Assembly: GCA_963702205.1 (NCBI GenBank)
Contig: OY969724.1
Location: forward strand, 768,001-832,000
From: an uncultured candidate division Zixibacteria bacterium
GTDB lineage: Bacteria > Zixibacteria > MSB-5A5 > GN15 > PGXB01
Length of the DNA stretch: 64,000 nt
Reading direction: 5' to 3'
Below are positions 29,729 to 39,859 of this stretch, piece by piece (position 1 is the first letter of the stretch; every line of letters starts with the position of its first letter). Both the position numbers and the translations under genes were made by a program. Under the pieces are notes generated by a model. The model worked only from the letters and a program-made list of their open reading frames with translations, was not told the DNA's origin and made no database searches.

Positions 29729-30610
29729 TCAGTCTTCGATGTTTAGTGAAAAATCCGACGACGGCGCGCTGTGGGTTAAAGCTCCGATCGAAATATAATC
29801 GACGCCGGTTTCGGCGATCCGCGCGACGTTGTCGAGGTTGACGTTGCCGGAGGCTTCGAGTTTGAGGTCGTCGGCCAGCGACCGGGCCAGCTTAACCATC
29901 GCCGTGAGCTGCTCGGTCGAACGGTTGTCCAGCAAAAGCCGTTTGACGCCGCAGTCGACCGCCTCGCGAAGCTGGTCCTCGCTTTCCACTTCGACTTCGA
30001 TGATGACTTCGGAGCCGTCGTTGCCGAAGCGCTCGGTATAAGATTTATCGCCGAGATATTTCTGTGTTTTTGCAACCGCTTCTTTAATCGAGCCGCAGGC
30101 GGCGATGTGGTTGTCTTTAATCAGGACCATGTCGTACAGGCCGTAGCGGTGGTTCTGCCCACCGCCGCAGGTGACGGCGTATTTTTCCAGATAGCGCAGG
30201 CCGGGCGTGGTTTTGCGGGTGTCGAGGATGACGGTGTTTGTGTCTTTGATTCTGTGCACGAATTTGGAAACCAGCGTGGCGATGCCGGACAGGTGACCCA
30301 GATAGTTCAGGGCGGTACGCTCGGCGGTAAGGATGGCCGCGGTCTTCCCCTTGTATTCGGCGATAGTCTCTCCCGGCACGAACGGCTGGCCGTCTTTTTT
30401 GATATTAAATATCTCTATATCGGAATCGAGCTTGGCGAAAATGGTATCGGCTATCGGCAGACCGGACAGGACGCCCTCGGATTTGGCGACGATACCGGCT
30501 TTGGAGATACCCTCTCCGATCGTGGCGATGGTTGTCACGTCGCCGGGCCCGACGTCCTCGATAAGGGCGACGTCGATCTGCTTGGCGAGTATGTCGTCGA
30601 TTTCGTTCAT
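29729..30610 (-). CDS. nadC: Nicotinate-nucleotide pyrophosphorylase
   Basis: DTRKTTPG, NHR.GL.D, IKDNH and EASG motifs. Confidence 0.96.
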   Translation of the reverse strand: MNEIDDILAKQIDVALIEDVGPGDVTTIATIGEGISKAGIVAKSEGVLSGLPIADTIFAKLDSDIEIFNIKKDGQPFVPGETIAEYKGKTAAILTAERTALNYLGHLSGIATLVSKFVHRIKDTNTVILDTRKTTPGLRYLEKYAVTCGGGQNHRYGLYDMVLIKDNHIAACGSIKEAVAKTQKYLGDKSYTERFGNDGSEVIIEVEVESEDQLREAVDCGVKRLLLDNRSTEQLTAMVKLARSLADDLKLEASGNVNLDNVARIAETGVDYISIGALTHSAPSSDFSLNIED

Positions 30611-30998
30611 TTAGGGCTAAAATTAAGTGTTAAAACAACTTTTGACAAATATTAAGTTGTTGAATTGAAGTGGAATAGCAGTTTTTTTGCATGAATTAGC
30701 AAAATACTCATATAATACTCCGATAATATATAATAAATACTTGACAATGGATTGTTAAATATGTATAATGTGATGAGATTATAATGAAATATTGGCCGCA
30801 ACCTGTTTATAAGGAGGTAATTATGATGCAATAATTTGGTGAGCGTTGTGCAAGCAAATTTCGGGGGAAATTTGCTGGCTAGCGTCGACGCCAAAATGGA
30901 CTTGTTAACAAAGGGTAAGATAATGAAGAAACCGTGACGGAGGTTGCATGAAAGAATTAATCATTTGCCCTGATGGGTAATTAACATGGAGTGTTGAA

Positions 30999-31304
30999 AT
31001 GATCAATGATAAAAATGATCATTCTGGAGATGTCAATGATGACAATGTTCAAACTGAAAATGGTGGTTTGATTGATAATTTTAATCTGGATATAGAGATA
31101 GAATTAAAAAGGTCCAGACAAAAATTCAGACACGGAGTATCAACATTCATTATCATTACGGCGGTCGTAGGTTTTTTGGTTGGGATTGTCTATGGTGCTT
31201 TGAATGGCAACAATTTTGAGCCGGCCAATATTTGGTGGGCAAGCTTAGGACCCTTTGTAGGGTTCCTTATAAGAACCGTAATTGGAGGTATCCGTGATGG
31301 ATAA
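30999..31304 (+). CDS. Hypothetical 2-TM membrane protein
   Basis: GGAG RBS, two hydrophobic segments, AT-rich. Confidence 0.6.
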   Translation: MINDKNDHSGDVNDDNVQTENGGLIDNFNLDIEIELKRSRQKFRHGVSTFIIITAVVGFLVGIVYGALNGNNFEPANIWWASLGPFVGFLIRTVIGGIRDG

Positions 31305-31515
31305 CGCGAATACAAAACATAGAATACAGTTCGATATCACGCAAGACGCTTTAGCGGAGTTAGATAAGCTTGTGGTTAAGGCTAATACTAGTACTCGCGC
31401 AGAAGCCGTAAGAAACGCATTGAAGTTTTATGCGTGGTATTTATCGAAGAAAAAAGATGGTTTCGATTTTTTGGTCCGCAAGGGCGACGACGAATGGGTG
31501 GTAGAACTCCTTTAA
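31297..31515 (+). CDS. Ribbon-helix-helix (CopG-like) DNA-binding protein
   Basis: RIQFDI strand followed by ..LD.L.....TRAEAVRNAL helices. GGAGG RBS. Confidence 0.7.
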   Translation: MDNANTKHRIQFDITQDALAELDKLVVKANTSTRAEAVRNALKFYAWYLSKKKDGFDFLVRKGDDEWVVELL

Positions 31516-31569
31516 TTGGGTTCTGCCTGCCCCCCTTCCCAATCTTATTTACTTATTTATTCAAATAAA

Positions 31570-32461
31570 TCAAACCCCAAAGGAGTCGCGGACGGTTACT
31601 TTTTCCGTTTTTTCACGATACAACTGGCCGATCTCGGCGCCGATGATAAATACGATCGACGAGTAATAAATCCAGAACGCTACCACGACCACGAGGGCGT
31701 AAGCGCCGTAGATGCGGTTGAAAGTCACGACGTTGTTTATGTAAAGTCCGAACATCTGACGGGCCAGTTCCCAGAGTACAGGCCGACGAGACGGCACTTA
31801 CCAGCACCGGCTTGACCGGCATATTTTTCTGAGGTATGAACCAGTAGAGCAGGACAAATATCACCAGCATGACGGCGAACGAAATCCCGCCGTAGACGAG
31901 ATTTTCGAGGAAGCCTATTTTGAGGGTATTTAGAAAGGTCAGGTTGCCGGCGTATTCCTGTATCATTTCGAGGGCGGGCAGAATCGCCACCGAGACCAGA
32001 AAATAGAGCAGCACGAAAAGCACCATTGCCAGGTCGCGAAGCTTGCCGAGCAGGGCCGATTCGGTCGGACGGATCTTGTAAACAGTATTGAGCGTGGTCC
32101 GCATGCTCGAAAACAGGCTGGTCGAAGCCAGAAAAAGCCCGACAAATCCGATCGGTCCGGCGATGCCCTTGTAGAGCGTGAATTCCTGCATGCGGGCGAA
32201 AACTTTTAATTTTATATAGGCGGCGTATTCGGCGTAGGGGATCGCTTTTTCTATGAACAGGTTTATCTCCGAGGCCACCGACGGCTTTTGCAGAATATAG
32301 CCGAGCACGAAAAAGACGATCAGAACCAGCGGGACGATACAAATAAACAGCGAAAAGGCCAGGCCGGAGCCCATGAGGAAGATATGGTGCTCGTCCACCC
32401 GTTCGTACAGCCCGTGGATGTAGTACCAAATATGCCGGCTAAACCATTTAATGACGTTCAC
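31570..32461 (-). CDS. YihY/BrkB family membrane protein, with a frameshift near 31780
   Basis: N-terminal part in ORF 31613-32461. The conserved C-terminal part (LWE...IYGA...WIYYS..FIIGAE) is in ORF 31570-31797. One extra base joins them. Confidence 0.8.
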
Positions 32462-32501
32462 AGGTCTTCAGTCTCCGTCGCCCGGGGTCCCGCCCCTCCG
32501 G

Positions 32502-33398
32502 TCAGTTTCCTTCTTTGTTGATATTGACATGCAGCGGCGGGGACTGCCCGGCCTTGTCCTGTCCCATGTACACGGTCAGGTGCGGGAAGGGGATCTCTAT
32601 GTTGTGCTCGTCGAATTTCATTTTTAGTCGTCGGTTATACTCTCGTCCGATCCGCCACTGCTTGATCGGCTTGGTCTTTATACGCGCTTTTATTACGACG
32701 GCCGAACTGTCGAACTTGTCCACCCCGACTATTTCCAGAGGTTCGATTATGTCGCCGCTGAAATTGTTGTCGGCGCGCATGTCCTGATCTACCTCGCCGA
32801 TGAGACGGACGACCTCATCGGTGTTTTCGCGATAGGCGACGCCGATATCGAAGACGTAGTACGAAAACGTCTTGGTCATATTGGAAACCATGTCGATTTT
32901 GCCGTTGCGGATGTAGTGCACGGTACCGTCGAAATCGCGCAGGACGGTCAACCGAAGGTTGACTTTTTCGACCAGGCCGCCGTTGCCGTTGATATTGACC
33001 ACGTCGCCGACCCGTATCTGGTCCTCCATCAGAATGAAGAAACCGGTGATGACATCCTGCACCAGGGTCTGGGCCCCGAAACCGACTGCCAGACCGACCA
33101 CTCCGGCCGCGGCCAGGACCGGTCCGATATTGACACCCAACTGCTGGATGATCATTATTAGGGCCGTACCGGCGACGGTTACCGTAACAGCGTGGCCAAT
33201 CGTCACCGCGAGGGTATTGGTCCGCTTGTGCATTTCCTCGTCTTTCTCCATGCCTTTGACGGCTCCGAAGATGCGATTGATGATTATCCTGGCTACGCGC
33301 AGGACGATAAACGCCAGAACCAGTATGACGAGTACTTCGAGGCCCCTCGTAATCAGCCAGTGTCTGCTTATTTCCCACCAATCAGTGATATTTTCCAT
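32502..33398 (-). CDS. Small-conductance mechanosensitive channel (YbiO-like MscS)
   Basis: AGVVGLAVGFGAQ.LV.D...GFFI, VGD.V and IEIPFP motifs. Confidence 0.92.
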   Translation of the reverse strand: MENITDWWEISRHWLITRGLEVLVILVLAFIVLRVARIIINRIFGAVKGMEKDEEMHKRTNTLAVTIGHAVTVTVAGTALIMIIQQLGVNIGPVLAAAGVVGLAVGFGAQTLVQDVITGFFILMEDQIRVGDVVNINGNGGLVEKVNLRLTVLRDFDGTVHYIRNGKIDMVSNMTKTFSYYVFDIGVAYRENTDEVVRLIGEVDQDMRADNNFSGDIIEPLEIVGVDKFDSSAVVIKARIKTKPIKQWRIGREYNRRLKMKFDEHNIEIPFPHLTVYMGQDKAGQSPPLHVNINKEGN

Positions 33399-33416
33399 AG
33401 ATTTTTCTCCCGTCCG

Positions 33417-34499
33417 TTAAAGCCATTGCTTTCTTCTAAAAAACCAAAGCAATCCCCCGCCGATCAATACCACCACGCCCCAGAATAATAAATAACCGAA
33501 TTTCATCCCGAGTTCCGGCATATTGAAGGGACTGATCGAGCGGTCGAAATTCATGCCGTAAACCCCGGCCAGAAATCCCAGCGGTATAAATACGGTGGCG
33601 ATGATAGTCAGGACTTTCATAACTTCGTTCATTTTGTTGCTGACGCTGGACAGATAGATATCCATCAGGCCGGAGACCATATCGCGGAAAGTTTCCACCG
33701 TGTCTATGATTTGGATGGTGTTTTCGTATAGGTCGCGGATGTATGGCGCGGTTTCTTTGTGCAGGAGTTTCGATTCCGAGCGCTCCATGGCGCTGATGAC
33801 TTCGCGCAGGGGCCAGATGGCTTTGCGCATCAGGGCCAGTTCTCTTTTTAAGTCGTGAATCATTTGAAGTTGTTCGGTGCGCGGGCGGTCGATTAGCTGT
33901 TCTTCTAGGTCCTCGATTTTCTCGCCGAGACGTTCGACGACGGCGAAATAATTGTCGACCACGGCGTCCATCAGGGAATAAGACAGATAATCGGAGTAGA
34001 TGAACCGTTTGCGCGGGACGGTCTTTTTTATTCGTTCCCGCACCGGGTTGAAGACGTCGCCCTCGATTTCCTGAAAAGATATGACATAGTTTGGGCCGGT
34101 GATCAGGCTGATTTGTTCGGAGATGACTTCCTCCCGGTCCCGGGGCCAGTATTTCATTTTCAGCATGTTCAGAAAATAGCCCTCGCCCTCCTCGAATTTA
34201 GGCCGCTGGCCGGTGTTGGCGATGTCCTCGAGAAAGAGCTCGTGGATTCCGAAATGAGCGCCGATTTTCCTGATAACTTCGACGTCGTGGATGCCGGTGA
34301 CGTTGATCCAGGTGATAGTTTTGGTGTCGCGAAACGGGAAGCAGTCTTCGACCGCTACGGCATCGAACTGCCTGAGTTCGGTTTGGTTGTAATCGATGAC
34401 ATTGATAGCGACTTTGTGGGTCCGTTCATCGCCGACATAGGTTATCTGACCGGGGGTCATGCCGGATTTTTGGGATATTCTTTTTGTCAGCCGGGCCAT
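33417..34499 (-). CDS. corA: Magnesium/cobalt transporter CorA
   Basis: MNEVMKVLT, YGMNF and MPEL motifs. Confidence 0.96.
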   Translation of the reverse strand: MARLTKRISQKSGMTPGQITYVGDERTHKVAINVIDYNQTELRQFDAVAVEDCFPFRDTKTITWINVTGIHDVEVIRKIGAHFGIHELFLEDIANTGQRPKFEEGEGYFLNMLKMKYWPRDREEVISEQISLITGPNYVISFQEIEGDVFNPVRERIKKTVPRKRFIYSDYLSYSLMDAVVDNYFAVVERLGEKIEDLEEQLIDRPRTEQLQMIHDLKRELALMRKAIWPLREVISAMERSESKLLHKETAPYIRDLYENTIQIIDTVETFRDMVSGLMDIYLSSVSNKMNEVMKVLTIIATVFIPLGFLAGVYGMNFDRSISPFNMPELGMKFGYLLFWGVVVLIGGGLLWFFRRKQWL

Positions 34500-34533
34500 T
34501 TTGCTCTCCCCTGCTATTTTGCTTAATAATTTC

Positions 34534-34572
34534 AAGATAGAATGAGGGGAAATTTAAGTCTATTAATTTATG
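34534..34572 (-). promoter_or_regulatory. Putative sigma70 promoter of corA, duplicated upstream of the second mscS (36287-36325)
   Basis: Minus strand TAGACT-N17-TATCTT here and TAGACA-N17-TATCTT at 36.3 kb, within a shared ~40-bp block. Confidence 0.55.
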
Positions 34573-34650
34573 AGGTAGGAGAAAGAGGCTGCGGTGGTTG
34601 GTGGTGAGAGAGAATCCCACAGCAAGCTGTGGGCGACCCTGCCAAGCCGC

Positions 34651-35139
34651 TTAACCCCATCTATCCAAATATATAAAAAGTGTATGATATCGGATTATAG
34701 GTTTACCATTCTTTAAAACAATAAAAAGCAGTTTTTTGCTATTTGTATAATCGAAAATATCATCAATATTGATTTTGATTTCCTTTTCAATATTAACCTT
34801 ATCCATTTTTACGCGGGCAACAAATTTACCATCAAAGTTGTAAAATAAAATCTGCACGTCATCAGTGGGTTTCATTAATATCGTAATATGACCCGGATCA
34901 TTATATCTACTGCCAAATTGATAATCACTAAATCCACCGAATAATTTTTCACCGTCGTTTGATAGGTTCGTATCTGACAATGCATAAGTGTAATCTTTTT
35001 CCAACGGGATGTCGGTTACTATGTATCCTTTTGGTTGAGGTTTTCCATTGATGCTATCGCTATTGTGTGAGCCAAATACACCACAGCCCAATAACAAAAT
35101 AGAAACCGCAAGCATTAAAATTGGTGTACGTAGCATCAT
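34651..35139 (-). CDS. Hypothetical lipoprotein (AT-rich ORFan)
   Basis: Lipobox LLLG-C, 162-codon open frame in AT-rich DNA. Confidence 0.7.
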   Translation of the reverse strand: MMLRTPILMLAVSILLLGCGVFGSHNSDSINGKPQPKGYIVTDIPLEKDYTYALSDTNLSNDGEKLFGGFSDYQFGSRYNDPGHITILMKPTDDVQILFYNFDGKFVARVKMDKVNIEKEIKINIDDIFDYTNSKKLLFIVLKNGKPIIRYHTLFIYLDRWG

Positions 35140-35172
35140 GTTTTAAAATCCATTGGGCATCAAACGGACCCT

Positions 35173-36248
35173 TTATTCCTTATTTCTCTCATATTCTTTT
35201 TTTGCGATTAAATCCTCAAGCCATTTTATGTGCTGCTCGGTGCGGCGGACGTGGGTTTCGTGGCGGGATACAGCCTCGGAATCGGACAGCCCGTGTGCAT
35301 CGGCCTTGAGCTGTTCGAGCTCTTCTTTGGGCGGTCGTAGCGGTCGCGGAGCTTCTCCAGCGATTCGGCCTCCTCGGCTTTCTTGAAAACCACTTCCTCG
35401 GGGGAGGTCCGTCCGGGCTCGTCGAGGCTGTGACTCTCGTAGTACTGCCCCGGTATGACCGGCGGCTGTTCCGAGACGTTGCGCGTGTTCATGAAAGTCG
35501 GTGAGACAATTTCGACGTCGGCACCGTGCAATTTATCCAGCATGTTCTGTCTAAGATTCGAGCGGGTGGTTAATATATGCCCGACGTCTTTGAGCAGTCC
35601 GGAGATACGATAGGAGACTGAAAAATCTCCGAGGTCCATGATATAGACGAACGGATTTTGCAGACCGGTCGATGAAGCGGCTTCGATCAAAAGGCTTTCG
35701 ACCTGTTCGCGGGGCACGTCGTAGCCGAGCGATATGTCGGCCGAGACAATTGTTTCGACGGAGCGGACGACTTTGACCGGATTGGTGACTAAGTACAAGT
35801 TCGGCAGGGTCATCAGGTCGCTGTCTTCGGTCTGGATTTCGATGTGGAACAGCCCGCGCTCGGTGACTCGTCCGAAGTACTCCCCGACCCGAATGAAATC
35901 GCCGGGACGGAAAGATTTCACTATGCGCAGCATGAGCCCGGCCATGGCGTTGCCGACAAAGGTTGTCGATGACAAAGCGATCGCCGCCGAAAGCAGAATC
36001 CCGACTAAGCTCAAAAGCTGGCCCTGTGAGGATTCGCTGATGGGTGAGACGATGATTATGACCAGCAGCCCGATGAAGGTCAGAATCATAGTGATCAGTT
36101 GCCGCCGGACGGGATGGCTGCTGGCCCCGGAAAAGCGTCGGTCGTGGATGAAGCGGAAGATGAAAATTATCAGGGCGAAGCAAATAATTGCCGCCGCCAT
36201 TGGAAGGCCGTCTTTGACGGCTATATAAAACGATTTAAGGATTTCCAT
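35173..36248 (-). CDS. MscS family mechanosensitive channel, with a probable frameshift near 35330
   Basis: FRPGDFIRVG..FGRV and LPN motifs. An alternative frame gives a coiled-coil tail KEELEQLKAD...ERNKE ending at 35173. Confidence 0.82.
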
Positions 36249-36388
36249 ACCAAGTCCCCGCACTGTTTTTGGATTAACCGATATTAAGATAGAATGAGGG
36301 GATTTTGATGTCTATTAATTTATGGGGGAGTGGATTGAGCCGTTTCAGGAGCCCAGAGATAGAATGTCGGGGCAGTCAGTGAGACTTA

Positions 36389-37081
36389 TCAATAAGACTT
36401 TATTTTGACGTTTTCTATGGTTTCAAAAGCCCCATTATATAATCCCTTACATATTGCCACAAATACAAATTGAGCCTCCTCATTTGGCGTAAATTCTCCA
36501 TCAAATCCCAATCTATCGCATAATACAAGCATTAGCAGACTAGATGTGATCCCTTTGCTAAAAGCACTTTCGGTATACATCCGATTTATGGCTCGAGCAA
36601 TGCATTCTCCATCATGGCCTTTATCAAAGTAAGAATCGAATAACTCGACTTTTTTAGTATTAATCTGATCAATGTATGCCCTGTCTTTTGCATTTTCTCT
36701 TTTTCTGCCGACGACTATTGATTTTGGAGAAGCCCTATTGTACAACTCCATATTATCCCAAATGTCTTGTCGCTCCTTTTGAATTAAATACTTCTTCGTG
36801 AATTCATTTTGCGCAACAGAAAGTTTATCTCCAAATCTATGCAGCCATGCAATTGAAAAAATCTCAAATCGCAATATTACAAATTCATCTTCAAATTTAT
36901 CCAAAATGACTTTTTTAAATTGAATATCTGCTTTGGTGAGTTCCCTTAATACCTTGTCACAATATAAATTTTGAGGATCAATTTCTCCTATTGATGGATA
37001 ATATATATATTTGTCATAGAAATTTTCGCAAAATTCACTTAAGTTTACTCCTTGTTTCCAATCAAAAAATCCCATTATCAT
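36389..37081 (-). CDS. Hypothetical protein (AT-rich ORFan)
   Basis: 230-codon open frame in AT-rich DNA with an AAGGA RBS. No recognised motif. Confidence 0.7.
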   Translation of the reverse strand: MIMGFFDWKQGVNLSEFCENFYDKYIYYPSIGEIDPQNLYCDKVLRELTKADIQFKKVILDKFEDEFVILRFEIFSIAWLHRFGDKLSVAQNEFTKKYLIQKERQDIWDNMELYNRASPKSIVVGRKRENAKDRAYIDQINTKKVELFDSYFDKGHDGECIARAINRMYTESAFSKGITSSLLMLVLCDRLGFDGEFTPNEEAQFVFVAICKGLYNGAFETIENVKIKSY

Positions 37082-37163
37082 TACTTCCTTTTTTTATAAG
37101 TCAGGAGCGCTCGACTCCTAACTTACGAGATATGGTTTAAGAGCAAACCGATCGATAAGTAGG

Positions 37164-37778
37164 TCATAATTGCGTAACATCAATTGATAGGTCCTTTATT
37201 GGCTTATGTTTGAGCAACTGGCCCTTTACTACTCTGTTAAGCCATTTTAATATGTCGTCAGGGAAATCTAAATCTGAAGTAATCTGATGTAGCAAGAAAT
37301 CCTCATGCATTCGGTTTATTGCGAAATCAATAGTGCATTCCAAATTCTCGGGTAACAAGTACTTTATAAGTTCATCAGGATTATTATTTGCATATGCTTT
37401 AATAGAATTCCATATTTCCTCCTGCCACACTTTTTGACCATCTTGACAGTCCGCCTTAAAATCTTTTATGGCCTTTTCTGTTTCTTCCTTTTGAGCCCCA
37501 CTTTTAATCAATGATTGCTCCATATTGAGGCAAAGGCTTTCGAGTGATAAAACAAAAATGACCCCCGTTAATTCGGGTTTGCCTATAGATGCTTTCCAGT
37601 GTTTCAGCGTGAAGCAAAAACACGAAAAATAATACGATTGCATTAATAAGAATAAATTGTCGGCAACAGTCCCCTCTAAATTTCTGTCATAAAAATACTG
37701 CAGAAACCGGAGGAATAGATCATGTGCAAACAGAAAATGCTTTTTTGCTTCTTTTCTGCCTTTAAAATAATAAAGCAT
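37164..37778 (-). CDS. Hypothetical protein (AT-rich ORFan)
   Basis: 204-codon open frame in AT-rich DNA. No recognised motif. Confidence 0.65.
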   Translation of the reverse strand: MLYYFKGRKEAKKHFLFAHDLFLRFLQYFYDRNLEGTVADNLFLLMQSYYFSCFCFTLKHWKASIGKPELTGVIFVLSLESLCLNMEQSLIKSGAQKEETEKAIKDFKADCQDGQKVWQEEIWNSIKAYANNNPDELIKYLLPENLECTIDFAINRMHEDFLLHQITSDLDFPDDILKWLNRVVKGQLLKHKPIKDLSIDVTQL

Positions 37779-38214
37779 TTTTCATTAATCTGTGTCTTGC
37801 CGGGGTGATCCGACATTCTACACAAGGTTCCTTGAACACAATTTTATCTTTTAAACTAGTAACATTTAATCTGATTACCACTCAATCCCGCGAACCCCCG
37901 TGCTTTTCAAGTTTGATATTTCAATATAGGCATATCGACAGTCCTATGGCAACCCCAAAGTGCATACTATACTGAAAACTGTCTGAATTGATGTGGATTT
38001 CGGCGTCGGAAATACAGAGTTGGTAGTGAATTTGTCGGTAAAATAACAAGCGTTCCCGCAGCAAGCTGCGGGCGACCCGGTTTTCACGCTTCGCGTGAAT
38101 GTCAGGAGCGCCCTTCGCGAGGCTCAGGACCTTCGGCACGGCTCCTGATCTACAAGATTTAAATAAGACTCACCGCGAGCGGCGGGGCACCCCGGTTGCG
38201 GGACTTTTGCGCTA

Positions 38215-39036
38215 TTACATCCGTTCGACGACGGCGCCGATGAGGGTGCGAAGTTTCGGTTCGGTCTTATTGGCGGTCGCAATGATCTCGTCCAGCGAGC
38301 ACGGTCCCAAACTGTCCGGCAGGCCCATATCGGTAATGATCGAAAAAGCCAGGACCTTAGTGCCCTGATGCCGCGCGACGATCACTTCCGGTACGGTCGA
38401 CATGCCGACCACGTCGGCTCCGATAGTACGTAAAAAGCGGTACTCGGCGGCGGTTTCGAGGTTGGGTCCGGGCACAGACACATAGACGCCCTTACGTACA
38501 GAAATTTTCAAATCGAGCGCGGTTTGTTCGGCCAATGCGGCCAGGTCCTTGTCGTAGCAGTTGTACATATCGGGAAAGCGGACGCCGAGGCTGTCGTCGT
38601 TGTGGCCGATCAGCGGATTGGCTCCCTGCATATTGATGTGGTCGGTGATGATCATGATGTCGCCGCGATTGAACTGCGGGTTCAGGCCGCCGCAGGCGTT
38701 GGAGACGATCAGTGTCTCGATGCCGAGGTCTTTCATGACGCGCACGGGGAAGGTCACCTGTTTCATCGTATAGCCTTCGTAGTAGTGAAATCTCCCCTGC
38801 ATGGCGACGATCGGTTTGGAGCCGAGCTTCCCGAACAAAAGCCGTCCCTTGTGGGATTCGACGGTCGAGACCGGGAAATGCGGGATTTGATCGTAATCGA
38901 CGGTGGCCGACAGCTCGATGCCGTCGCCCAAAGAACCAAGGCCGGTACCGAGGATGATACCGACCTTGGGAACTATATCTATTTTGGAACGAATAAAATC
39001 AGAACTTTCAGATATCTTCTCGCTGAGACTGTCCAT
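38215..39036 (-). CDS. punA: Purine-nucleoside phosphorylase (trimeric PNP, PunA/XapA type)
   Basis: ILGTGLG, QGRFH.YEGY, GP..ET.AE and VGMSTVPE motifs. Confidence 0.93.
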   Translation of the reverse strand: MDSLSEKISESSDFIRSKIDIVPKVGIILGTGLGSLGDGIELSATVDYDQIPHFPVSTVESHKGRLLFGKLGSKPIVAMQGRFHYYEGYTMKQVTFPVRVMKDLGIETLIVSNACGGLNPQFNRGDIMIITDHINMQGANPLIGHNDDSLGVRFPDMYNCYDKDLAALAEQTALDLKISVRKGVYVSVPGPNLETAAEYRFLRTIGADVVGMSTVPEVIVARHQGTKVLAFSIITDMGLPDSLGPCSLDEIIATANKTEPKLRTLIGAVVERM

Positions 39037-39799
39037 TTGCAACTTCCTCTGTTTGCTTTTCGACTTCTTCCTGGAAGCCTTCGACCAGTCGGTCGATTTC
39101 GTTATCGTCAATTTCCAATGTGGGCCGTTCCGGCGGCTGAGGTGTCTCTTTCGGTGTTTCCGGCCGGCCGGACTGGTTCTTTTCTTCCATCACGCCGGGC
39201 TGAGCTTCATCGACCTCGGCATCGGGAGCCGGTTCTTCGTTGAAGTTTTCTTCGGCGGCGTCGGGCTGAACTTCTTCGGAATGATATTCATTCGTGTCCG
39301 GCTGTTCGTGTTTCGGTTCTTCGACAACCGGCATTTGATGATGTTCTTCGCGGGACGGAGAAATCGAATTGACCAGTTTGAGATGGGCTTCGATTTCACC
39401 GCGCAGTTTGTTATAGAAACTGTTGCGGGTAAATTCGAGCTCTTCGACTTTGGCCTGGACTTCGGAGACCTTGCGGTGTCTTTCTTCTATGACCGCGTCG
39501 CGCTTTTGTTTGGCCTCGCTGAGCATCAACTCGGCCTCTTTCTTGGCGTGGGCGATAATCTGGTCGGCGTGTTTCTGAGCTTCGAGAACGGCATGTTTGA
39601 CCGTATCTTCCATGTCCTTGAGTTCCTGGTTCTGCTTTTTCAGGCGGTCATAATCTTCGACTTTTCGGGCCATTTCGGTCCGGGCCTGTTCCAGAGCCGC
39701 GGCGACCGTTTCGAGGAAAGTATCGACCTGTTCCTTTTCATATCCCCGAAAGCCTGACTCGAAAGACGTATTCCTGATATCATTGGGCGTTAATTCCAT
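39008..39799 (-). CDS. divIVA: DivIVA domain protein
   Basis: LTP.DI....F...FRGY...QVD.FL followed by a long coiled coil. Confidence 0.88.
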   Translation of the reverse strand: MELTPNDIRNTSFESGFRGYEKEQVDTFLETVAAALEQARTEMARKVEDYDRLKKQNQELKDMEDTVKHAVLEAQKHADQIIAHAKKEAELMLSEAKQKRDAVIEERHRKVSEVQAKVEELEFTRNSFYNKLRGEIEAHLKLVNSISPSREEHHQMPVVEEPKHEQPDTNEYHSEEVQPDAAEENFNEEPAPDAEVDEAQPGVMEEKNQSGRPETPKETPQPPERPTLEIDDNEIDRLVEGFQEEVEKQTEEVANGQSQREDI

Positions 39800-39859
39800 A
39801 ACATCCCTCATATTTTGGATTGAGAATTTTCAGCTATCTGTCCATATATAGTATCGGCC

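Noticed and set aside
30634..30660. Inverted repeat AACAACTT-N11-AAGTTGTT upstream of nadC-birA as a BirA or NAD-regulator operator
   Set aside because: It does not clearly match a consensus I can name and sits in AT-rich DNA, so support is insufficient.
34600..37800. Integron cassette array
   Set aside because: I found no RYYYAAC...GTTRRRY attC sites after the ORFans, and the integrase at 1.6-2.6 kb shows no evident IntI-specific insertion and sits at ssrA.
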